A DNA stretch of 64,000 nucleotides, taken from NCBI GenBank assembly GCA_976226885.1, contig OZ320316.1:88102001-88166000 (forward strand), given 5' to 3'. Numbering within the stretch: the stretch's first letter is position 1; every line of letters begins with the position of its first letter. Shown piece by piece: positions 53,320 to 64,000 of the stretch. The notes beneath the pieces were generated by a model, which saw only the letters and a program-made list of their open reading frames with translations, searched no databases and was not told the DNA's origin. The translations under genes and the position numbers were made by a program. Source of the stretch: Iphione sp. A-MEVVRFRX5 (Eukaryota).

Positions 53320-54190
53320 CTCTCATGCAACCTCATGGATGATGGTGCCTATTGAGGTTGCATGAAAAAATGTGAAGAATGTGTTTTTACTTCCATACCT
53401 GTGGAGGTGTGGGAGAAGTCCATGTAAGTTGTGTGTTTGTTGTGCTGATCACAAGGAATCCTGCCCAAATCTGTGTAATTGGCATATTTTTTGTGCTGAT
53501 CATGAGGAATTCTGCCAGGATCCATGTAAAATGCCATGTTTTATGCAAACTATATATTATTTTACATGAACTAACATAATTATGTTAGGCCTGATTCAAA
53601 GTCAATCTCCTGTATACTACTGTCAATTTTGGCTCCGTGTGCATGAAGTTATTGGTCAGGGAACGTTAAGGGTAATGGACCTTAAACAGACCTCAATGGA
53701 CCTCAATGCACATTGCATTCCAATTGGCACCCCCTCACTGAAACTCTATAGTTCAATAAACACCAACAAATGCACACAAAACACACACAAAATGCACGTA
53801 CACCAACACAGGTAATGAAACTGGCCTTAAGAGTCCCTAACATGCTGACTTTGATGAGTTTAAGTCCAAAAAGTGCTGAAGTTGGTGAGTAAGAGTCCAA
53901 AAAGTGCGGAATTGGATGAGTTTTATTCCCAAAGTGTTGACTTTGACAAGTATATTCAATAGTATTCAAGCTGTGAAAGGTACTTCTAATGCCTCCCTGT
54001 TAAACCAAATTTAACACGCTGTCTGTAGGGAGATATTGAGGTTAACCTGTGAAAAGTATTTCTAAAGCTTCCCTGTGAACCCAAATTTGTGAAACAACAC
54101 GTTGTCTGTAGGGGAATATTGCAGTGAACCTATGAAAAGTACCTCTGAAGCCTCACTGTTAACCCAAATTCATACAACAGCACATTGCCC
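53320..54190. repeat. Composite repeat block (hairpin plus three minisatellites), probable decayed non-autonomous DNA element
   Basis: 13-bp perfect IR TCATGCAACCTCA/TGAGGTTGCATGA (53323-53365); 51-bp unit (TGTGCTGATC at 53441 and 53492); degenerate 31-bp unit x~4 (53829-53952); 76-83 bp unit starting CT(G/A)TGAAA at 53971, 54047 and 54130. The block is CpG-poor. Confidence 0.7.
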
Positions 54191-54720
54191 TAAGCGGGAT
54201 TCTCTGCAAAAATGGGGGTCTTGATTTCAGACATCTCATTATATACAGTAGGTTATGTATAGAAACTAAGTTGGTTCTTTCCAAATTGTCTGCATTTGGG
54301 GCATGTCCAGTTAATAGATGTGTCCGCAGGGAGAGAGTCGACTGTACCTAATTTGCACATATGTATGTAGTGTGTAGCACGTTTTAGTGCCGTGAAAAGC
54401 AAAAGCCTGTCATTGTGTTCATCTTTGCACATGTGTAGTGTTCATCATGTAACACCTCATGAGTTAGGGGTACATTTTTATAGAACACATTTTATGGCCA
54501 TGAAAATATGGCAGATTGAGTCATTCTCCACTTCAAACATGCAATACACACAGACACACTATGAACTACATGTTTAGATGAAAAAGCTCCAGTAGATAAT
54601 CATTGCCTCCAAAATGCAATAGAAAAATATGCACACACCGAAATGAAGCTTAATTCCCAATTATAAATACCTTATGTGAAAATTACCGAAAAAACAGATT
54701 TACTGTTTCATACAGTGTCC

Positions 54721-54786
54721 TGCAAGTACCCAAATTGTATTTATCCATCTTGTATCTTGCAAGTACATAAATTGTATTTATCCATC
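54721..54786. repeat. 37-bp local tandem duplication
   Basis: TGCAAGTAC..AAATTGTATTTATCCATC at 54721 and 54758. Confidence 0.8.
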
Positions 54787-55188
54787 GTGTAGCGCACAAA
54801 TATTTTTTTATTATAAACTTCAATTGGCCCTTTTATTGTCACAAGGAGATCAAAAGACTCGGGACAACAACATCGGTGGTCTTCCAAGAGCAGTCTGAGA
54901 CGTTGACTATAAGCAAGCGACCATAATAAAAGCAGAATATCCTTGTGTAAAAAGACGTGGTTTTCCAACATTCCGAAATGTCACTTGAGTATTCTACGGA
55001 GAACGTTTAAGGAATAGAAAAAAAATGCGAGCTATACTTTTCCAAGTTATCACTGTACATGTATCGTCATTCTAACGAACAAGAAGGAGAGATAGAGACA
55101 GGTGAGAGGACAGAGCTGACTGTCCATTGCAAGTGCAAGCGCCTGCGTCGAACAAAAGAACGTCCTCAAATCGTTATGAAAGAATATT

Positions 55189-55201
55189 TGACCTTTGACC
55201 T
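55189..55201 (-). promoter_or_regulatory. Perfect DR1 nuclear-receptor element (RXR/COUP-TF/HNF4-type geometry)
   Basis: Plus strand TGACCT-T-TGACCT, i.e. AGGTCA-A-AGGTCA on minus. Confidence 0.35.
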
Positions 55202-55664
55202 TCAGATCTGTATTTCAATCGGAAGGAGATATGTCTTTCTACTGTTGGTGTATATTAAACAACAAAGCAGCAAATGATTACTTGCAACGTGAGAGCGTCC
55301 TTGCATCAGCACCCTCTTGCACATTGGTTTCAAATACATGCACATGATAATGGTACATCAATTCCTATGAAACGAATTGCGACCGTCTTGTATTGCAGGT
55401 TTGTAAGACCGTCTTGTGTTGTAGGTTTGTATTCACTCAATCTTAAACAAGGGTTTGGTTTGTACTGCACGTATTCATCCTGCTCTCTGGAATACATGTA
55501 CTTCATGTACATACATACCAAATGGTCCAGGAAAAACCATTGTTTCAGTCACAATCTTGACCTTTGTACTCAAAAGAAAATATAAAAAGAATAATCATAG
55601 CTATTGCACCTGGATGTTAAATCGAACTAAACTCTAAAGGCACAAAGGGTGGTGCTCCTCTGCT

Positions 55665-55678
55665 GTTGCCATGGTTAC
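55665..55678 (-). promoter_or_regulatory. RFX X-box
   Basis: Minus strand GTAACC-AT-GGCAAC, an exact fit to GTNRCC-N(0-3)-RGYAAC. Confidence 0.4.
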
Positions 55679-58600
55679 AATGGGTTGCATTGGAGTCCGC
55701 CGCCAGATTAAATCTAAATACCCCATCTCCTTCATTATAGGGTAAGAGATGCCTGGCCAATGGTCTAAACAAGATTTTATTCCAGCCATTGTCGACTTGT
55801 TGTCCTGTTCGATTTCTGATGTTATCTGCCTGCCCACGCACCCATGGGGGAACGGGCAGAACCAGTGCGACTGGCAAAATGCCGTAAGGGAGCGTTATAC
55901 GATAATGATGTTTCAGTACTAACCAAATGATCTACATGTCTTGTAATCGGTTTACAGACGCATAAGATAGAATTGTAATGAACTAAATATATATATATAT
56001 TCCTATATCTGAATGTATTCTACCCAGATAGGATAACCATTCAATAAGATAGGTTGTGTCACTGTAAAAATGTTTTCACTATCAATATGTTGTTGTTTTG
56101 ATAGCAACTACAAGCATTACATTTCTCACACTTCAAAAAACACCTGGCGTTAATTGAAATACAATGTACATGTATTTGTATACAGAGAATACTGTCAAGG
56201 TGTGCCTGGATAGTCTTTTACGAGGTCAATATAACAGTGATGTTCAGACTGAGCCCACTGTAAGACCGTATCCATCCACACTGTGGCAGTATTCTATTTA
56301 TTCAATGCTTCAAAATATTGATGTTACCAACATTTAGTCTGATTCAATATTTCTCCTTGTCCTTTTCCTTTGGAATTCACAAAGTGCAGGATACAAACGT
56401 GTGCAAAAATGTACGTCATGGTAAGAACGTCGTTATACAGAGGTTATTGAAGAAACTGAAAAATTAACGTTAGTTGCCACTCTTTAAATACTTTTGTGTC
56501 AAGAACACATGATCACATACGGAACTTTAATATACTTTCGTTCTCATTAAGTATAATATATTTGTGAAAACATCGCATAGACCACTTGTGAGCAGAGTCT
56601 ATAGCTAGGTTATGAGATTATTCTAGTTCTCTGCATAGCCACTGGACTGCAATGGTGCTCTAAGGATGCCTAACATAGTTGTATATGTGACAGTAAGTAT
56701 AATCACATTTGGACAGCATAGGCACTGAATGAAAACATGTACCCTCAGACATTAAGAGCATGTATTCTCTCCTCTAAACACAATGCAAGTGTTGAGCAAG
56801 TATCAGATGCTCAAAAACATGTTTACTTATTTCCTTCTATGAAAAAACATAGGTGTTAATTTCACATCAACAAAAAGAACCTCCCCCCCCGATGTAAATT
56901 GGAGGGTAATAGCTCATACCAATCGAACACACGTATGATTGTGGGTATACTTACAAAATATGCATATATGTACATGTCCTCTACAAGTTGCACGTAATTC
57001 ATCCTAGGAGACTCAATAAAATAGTTTGAGACTGATAACTGTTGCAGCATTCTCTTTCGGGAATGAAGGTGAAATTTCACCTCTCTTTCCCAAATATACT
57101 ACCTTCGACTCACCTTACCCAAGCTTCCTCATTCTGATGGCCTGTCCTTTGGTGCATGTCTGGTGTATGTCGGGCGCTAGGCATGTGAACACAGACGGTC
57201 GTAACGGTGCAGAAAGGGGCCGGTAGTGGGCGCTGCCCAGCGGTGTCTGCAGTCCCTGATGGCCATTAAGTTGAGGACTGACCGCTCGGCTCGTGCCTGT
57301 ACACCTGCTAATGGAGACATACGGGCACGGGTGGTCAGCCGATGACCCCTGTTGGCCACTCATTGGCAGCGGTCAGAGGTACACCACCCCATTACTAGGC
57401 GAGTTGGAGCTAGTGGAGGAAAGGGGAGGTTGTGGAGGAATCAGCGGAGAAAGCTGTAAGAACCTAAGATGTATTCTGTTTACATACAGAGTGAAGCAGC
57501 CCACGCAGGTGAAGTTGACTTTTAAGAAGGTCATTCCTCAAGGTAATTTGATTAAAAGGAGGAGTTTCTGATGGTCTTCTCGGACTTTCATAATTGAGTC
57601 CCATGCAGAATTTGGCTACATTGACGCCTGTGTTTGCAGAAGATAAGTCTTTTTCGGTGGCGTAAATACATGCTACTATATTAAGCACATAACATTGAGT
57701 TATATGATCCATAGCCCAGATAGATGCTCTATATTCGCAGGATAGTCCAAACTATATAAGCGTACACATACATGTACATATGGAAGCATGTAAGTAATCA
57801 CGCACATATATACATGTACACATATACATGTATATATGTTCTACATATTATTCATGGGAAGAACTCGCGGGCTTTTTTCCGATCAGACATGCATAAAATC
57901 CAATCCAATCTATCAATATCCAAATTTAAATTAACCAGCACAGAGATATAAACAGGCTCAATTCTAGATAAAACTACTTTTATACGCAGATTTGCATATG
58001 TATGCATATGCACAATATGGCAAAACTGCTACGTACTGGCACATGTGTACACATGGTATTATGGACACTGAAATAAATAAATCTGATCGCTGGAACAAAA
58101 TCGTCCCCCAGTTTAACCGGATCGTTCCGCTCTAAACAGCTCAATCGGGTACACAAAGACGGATAATGACATGTTTAAAATGCTCAATATAAAAAGCAGA
58201 AGGTAGAGTCATACCCATATGATAGGAAAGGATGGACTACGTTCTACCTCGTAGGAAATAATCCTCAATCACATCTCAGGTACACCTGCCAGGACTACAT
58301 TCAACGATATGAGAGCATTTAACAAATCTTTAATTTCATATTGTGCTCTGTGTCTGAATGCAGTTTTCATTCATCAATAACATCATTGTCAGTTAGTTTT
58401 TTTAATCGCATAACAGGGTGCTAATACATGTATCAATACCAGATGTGTATCATCAAGGCCTATCATATTCGTGAAGTAAGGCCGAGTCAAACAGACGATT
58501 CCTTCATCCAGGTGTGTCTTTGTCATTCAGGCGTGCCAATGAAGGCTGGAAAATTCATTTCAGGCACACCTGAAACTTGCCAAGCGGCCGATTTCCCTGG

Positions 58601-61600
58601 CTTCTGCTCATGTCGACTCAATAATAGATCAAAAAACAATGCCTTCTTTACATTATAACGTAATTAATATTTAATGACACCTTGTGTGTAACAAAGATGG
58701 GACTCTCTTTTTCTTTTTAGCAATTATTTATCAACAGAACGTGTCATTGATGTGAGAGGGCGTAGAAGCGAAGTACGTTAAGCCTGGACGCCTCCCCAGG
58801 GGTTCAAACTGGCCCTAATCGTATCACTTGAACAAAGACAGCTTCAAGAGGTTATTGAGGCTGTGATTGCTTTTAGGTTAAAGTTGGGAAGTTTCCCTAG
58901 CTTAAAAATGAGCAGCTAATAGCGCTTCTGCCACAAGAAGCCTGTATGAGTCATTCACACTTTCCACGAGCAATTGTATAACGGTACATCGTGTCCCCGA
59001 GTAATACGTGAGCAGTCACAGACGTCTGTGAATCATTCTCGCTTTAAATACTTAATCTTCCTGATCTTTCCCTTGTGGATCCTAAATTGAATCTATACCA
59101 GTAGGGTAACTGCGGTTCGAAGTTACAACGATGGTGTAACGTACCATGAAGTTTCATACCAACTCGGCATTTCAGTCCAAGGGACAGCATGCATGATCGT
59201 ACCACCTACCATAGCACTAGTGGATGATGACACTTGTCACACCCGATCTGCATGTGTCGAGCGCCGCCTAGGGTCCAACTCGCCCCCCTGTCTCCTGTAG
59301 CGCTTGATCGCCGCCTGAAGCCTTACTGAATTCTGACTCACCGCGGTGGGAGCAGTAGATACGGGAAACAGCATGGCCGGGGGATCTGCTGAAGGAAGCA
59401 GGCTATACGTCCGATTTTTACCTGCATAGACCCTTTAACGACGGTGGTCATTTGCAATACCTTGGCAACACGAGGTGCGTTTTTCGAGTTGGCTCTCCGA
59501 CTAGGTGATGTTTTAAATCCAGCTGATTTCCTTCGGCGGATTGACTGTCGTTCTGATGGTGCGCCGTGGACGGGTATTAGTTCCCAAGTCAGGTAGAAGG
59601 ACTTAAAACAAAGCGGATTATATCTGTCAAAGATGCGGCTAGTCGACAGACAATGCCGCCTTGCCGGAAGTCTTGAACATCTGAGCAGAGGCGGTATTTT
59701 GTTTCTAATGACGTGCAGGGATTCTAATTAAAATGCAAAAATGAGAATGCGAAGATTATTGTGCCCGGCAAATGAGGCGTAGCATGAATGGTAGTGGAGA
59801 GACAGCTCTGAAGATACGCTATCAAGACCAGCCGCTGCTCTGCTCTGATTGCATTTTTTTCGCGAGTTGCTTGTTTGGGATTGACTTTGGAGTATTAGAG
59901 GTAAGCCCCGTCAGTGCCCTGACAATAGCTCCGTCCCCGGGGAATGGGGTACCTGACAATGTCACGTGTTGTCAAAGTCCGTAATGGGGCGGAAAGACAA
60001 AAGATATGCATTCTATTCAGCGCGATGCTTTCATCTACATGTTATTGTCAATGTTCAAATCTGAATTAAGTCGATAAAAAAGCTTAAACAGGAAACGACA
60101 CGTATACACTTGATGGACCTACATGACGGAGGTCACTCCTAAATTCTATCTCATATTTTTTGACAGGTTCCATGGACCATATATGATACGCCCTTAAAAA
60201 GACATGCCACTGCTTTAAAAGCAACAATCAATTAATTTGCACTGAGCTTAATATGCTTCCAGTCTCCATGAAAGGAGTTTGGGACCTATTTCGGCTTTAT
60301 TTTTTAAATTGTTTTATGAAATTATAAAATGATTTATTGAGGAAGACAGATTTTCATGTGTGCATCTTTTTTGTTCGGTTCATAGGGCATGCATGCTATT
60401 TCCAGAAGATTGCATGACATCAAACAACAACCAGACATGTAACAATAAAAAAAATTAATCCCACTGCAAGAACATGTCCTTCCGGGGGAATAATTCATTC
60501 TTAGCCAGTAGAGGTATTGATGATAACAAAGGTTGTACAGAAGAGGCAAAGGATGGATACTCAGCTCTTAATCGGTTGTCCATGAACTTTATACATTGTA
60601 GTGACATGTGACATTTTGTTTTTTTGGCCTTAAATTAACGTGTTTCACTGAAATACACTTCCCCAGCAATGGCTAAGTATCAGTAAGGCTCGTCGCTATC
60701 ATGTGCCCCGGTGCATTGCACTACATTGCAAACAAATGCTGCATTTCCAACATACAGCGAGAGAAATCAAGATACAATGATATGTTCTCCTGACACTCGG
60801 TTGAAACTGTACCTGTACGCTATTTTATGTTCCTCTTACTTAAATACAAAATGCATATGGTCCGCTATGAATATTGTCAGAAATATTCATGCAACGCCAG
60901 ATTTGTTGATCAAAGCCATCACACAGAACGATTAAGAAGACGAATTAAACATTCTGCCCGAACAGACGCTTTTTAAGTATCACTTATGGTGTGGCAGCTT
61001 GTATGTTTACGTTAGCACAATTATCACATCTCTGGTGCTGTCAGAGGCGCGCCGAAGAACTTAGATTAATGAGCAGATTACTCCGCCCTTCCCCGCCCCC
61101 AGCTCCTAGACTTGCCCCGTTGCCAGCTCACAAAGCCCTGTAGAACCCATAAGCCCCCGCAAAAAAATCAACAATTGAGAAAGACGGATACTGACAAAAC
61201 TGGGACAAGAGAACAATAAGAGGGCAGGACCCGGAAGCAGAGGTACTCACATGTCAGCCAATCCCTGCTGTCATGGCATAATGCAGGCGCAGTCTGCAAG
61301 GGGAAGGGCCTACGTAGTGGATGTCATTAAAACGAAGACCTCAGAGAAGCAAACGAGCTGCCAGGAAGTAATTTGTGCAGGAAAATCTGAGGTAAAATGC
61401 AAGTGAAGGACATATAGAAAGGTCTACGAATAATCCCTAGGAAAACGATGGTATGAGATTTAGGGCCTTTCAACATCTAGAATCGTAGACCAAAGGACCT
61501 GTCCTTGAGGCCGAATTCAAACATTAGACAAAGACACAAAGAAGTACCCGATGTAAGACCTTCCGAGCTCTACAGTAAGCCACTCCACGTGTCTCTTCAC

Positions 61601-62939
61601 ACGCCTGCCAAGCCCTGGTCGACCTGGACTAACCTTTAGACTAAGGCTGCTGTCAGCTCTGGCTGTCTCTCCTAGTTTAGGTCAGCAAGCCCCAAAGAGT
61701 AGGCAATGCCCATAGGGATACAGAGCAGATGAAGGCCGAGCTTGGGCCTCACCCTATTCACACCCTCTGGGCGGTGGTCCTGAGCTGGATCTGCCCTTGC
61801 AGTTACATCCATCGAGCAGACGGTATTCGCAGTGTTAAGACTCTGGTGAGAGTCGAAGAGGGAGGGCGAGTAGAAACGGAGTATACGTTATTGGCGGAAG
61901 GGTTTTATTGTCACTCACGATTAGGGAAACACACCTGGCGCTATTCGCGACTGTAGAAAGGAGTGTTCTGGTATACGTCCTGACAATAATGAAAGAATAA
62001 AACATTCATTTAATGGGCTTCATAGCCATTGCGCGACGAAATTTTGTTATTCGGCAAATAACGATTTAATAACGTGTAAAGCTTATCGAATGTTTGACAG
62101 TATGTACTTATGACACATGGGAGACGAATTCCCTCTTGACAAACAATCTTGACGTACCTAATGCATGTTCTTGCTATGATGGTGAATACTTACCAATAAT
62201 CACTTAAAATTAGACCAGCCGTGAAATGCCCCTGGCTCCGCGCGGGCAGCTGACGTGCCATTGCCCTCCATGCCCCTGGACCGCAGTGACCACTGCAGCC
62301 GTCCATCAAACCCACTGGGGCGACATTCGTAGTCGTTCGTCAGACTGTGATGAACGAGCCTTAGACGGTCCAGCGACTGCCTTCATTAACCCGCCCCACT
62401 CTCTCACCACCACCTCCCCATCCATGCTCCACCCTACCCCGAAATCTTCCTCCTCTGAACCTCATCCTCAGGCTCAAGCCTCGACCTTCGATACTGCGGC
62501 CTTAGTTACAGGTTACACAGACATGCCCATCATTTGCATTTAATCGTAACAAACACGAGGTTAAACCATTTGGAAATGCGGGCGGATTGACCGGCCCCAA
62601 CAGCTTTGCCAATCCAGCGATAATGACCTCCGTGTGATCTCGCTTTGTTCGTTGATTCCAGTAACAGGGACAAAGTCTGCGTAATCCATTGTTATTGGAC
62701 ACAAAAGTAAAGGCAAGGCCGTTATGATCTAAAACCTTAGGTTTTATATATGAAAACGATTGTCATACTCACAAATATGTAAAGTGTCACTACAGCCATC
62801 TGAGGCATTTCCAAAGCAAGATAAGCCTTGTCATAAGGGACAACAGACCACACTTGATTGTTTTCTTCCTCTCGCTCCCTCATCACACCCTCATTGGACA
62901 CTTTTGTCACGGACCCTCTAAGCCTAAGTGTGACATTTA

Positions 62940-63360
62940 GCCCCCCACACGTTGCCACCTTCTGTCGCTAGCTTATACCCCCATCGCGCTCGTTACCGCA
63001 AAAATGCATGCGGCGAATTTTTGTCATGTTGCCATGGAAACCTGGAAAGACGAACGTCGCGTTCTTCGCCGTAAGAGCGTCGTCCGCCTCGGGTTACACT
63101 TGCAAGTAGAAGGTGACGGGGGGGAGGGAGCGCAGGCAAAATCTCACGCCCGCCTCCTGGCTTGGGCCATTAATCCATATAATTCTCATCAAGCTGTTTG
63201 GGCGGATCTAATTAGGGCGCCGGGAGGAGCCAGCCAAGCCCGCAGCAACGCACGTCCACGCGCCTGCGACTTCCGTCGTTGCCGGCCGACGCGCAACTTT
63301 GCTGATTGATTTATTTCCGGAACCCCAGACCCCAGATTTTGGCGGCCGGCAAACATCTGG
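62940..63360. promoter_or_regulatory. CpG-rich promoter- or enhancer-like element
   Basis: Dense CpG; X-box GTTGCCATGGAAAC (63028-63041); TAATCC (63171-63176); TAATTA (63209-63214); overlapping TGATTGAT/TGATTTAT Pbx and Pbx-Hox motifs (63303-63314). Confidence 0.45.
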
Positions 63361-64000
63361 CGTCTTCTTCTCCCCTAAAGTATTCTAGGCAGCTTTTGTG
63401 GCTTGCAGGCTGGCTGTCGGCCTGTTATTGTTTCGATTGGAATCTACACGTGTTTGAGTTCGTGTGTCATGCTCCTGAGCGGCGTTAAGCATCAGATATA
63501 ATTAAAGACTATCCCACTCTTTTACAGGTAGGGTGTTCGGTTTGTACTACTCAGTGATATCACGTGTGCGTTTACACGTTTTACTCCAGTGTACTTGAGG
63601 ACGTTTCCAGATGATTTACGCCCGTCTGGGCGGTTCGACGTGATACATTGTGTGTTGCAAGGGGCAACGCACTTCGCCTGGTGTGGCCGACCTCCGACCT
63701 AACAGAAAACCATAGTTTATTCAGTTGAACATAAGTTCGGTGCACTCCTCCTTGACTCGAGCAGTCATTGGCGCTTTCACGGTTATGTCTGTTCTGCTAC
63801 GAACATGATATCCATATCATCCTAAGTTGTATAAATCGTAAACAGATTACAACGATTAAATATGATTGAAGCTACAGAGGTGAAAATATTTAGGGTTGAA
63901 ATAGTAGTCGTGTGTCTTCTATACATATTAATGTGGAATATATCACATTCATGTTCATGTGTATCTTACATTAATGAGCTTTAATTGGGCACACATCACC

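Noticed and set aside
60612-60633. TTTTGTTTTTTTGGCCTTA resembling a Harbinger MITE right end
   Set aside because: No matching left TIR found nearby.
60711-60730. GTGCATTG...CATTGCA resembling miR-33
   Set aside because: The central bases differ and no hairpin partner is present.
61136-61147. CCCTGTAGAACC resembling miR-10, which would suggest a Hox cluster
   Set aside because: Only 12 nt match, the 5' and 3' ends differ, there is no star arm, and I saw no homeobox (WFQNRR) in the window.

Overview
Animal (eukaryotic) genomic scaffold, moderately AT-rich (about 41-43% GC by eye, not computed), with one 133-nt assembly gap at 27168-27300. The composition, frequent TACATGTA-type low-complexity DNA and repeat types are compatible with an invertebrate deuterostome such as amphioxus, but that is an unverified inference. 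I find no supportable protein-coding gene, rRNA, intact tRNA or CRISPR array. The listed ORFs are short (60-163 aa) and I recognise no intact domain in any of them. The window reads as a gene desert or very large intron, in which CpG-rich enhancer-like patches alternate with CpG-poor transposon debris. The best-supported features are a Tc1/mariner (pogo/Tigger-like) MITE inserted into another copy of its own family with a TA duplication (36567-38185), a PIF/Harbinger MITE with a TAA duplication (14208-14530), a tRNA-derived SINE-like head, two heavily decayed CR1/L2-type LINE fossils, and several minisatellite and palindrome arrays. One array at about 53.9 kb shares its 31-bp unit with the nested MITE. 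The most interesting regulatory signal is a set of exact AGGTCA direct repeats (DR2 at 1812, DR5 at 21626, DR1 at 55189) plus two half-site clusters, suggesting a nuclear-receptor or retinoic-acid responsive landscape. RFX X-boxes and CTCF-like motifs are also present. All motif calls rest on sequence alone and are hypotheses. I did not find a new protein-based biological system.
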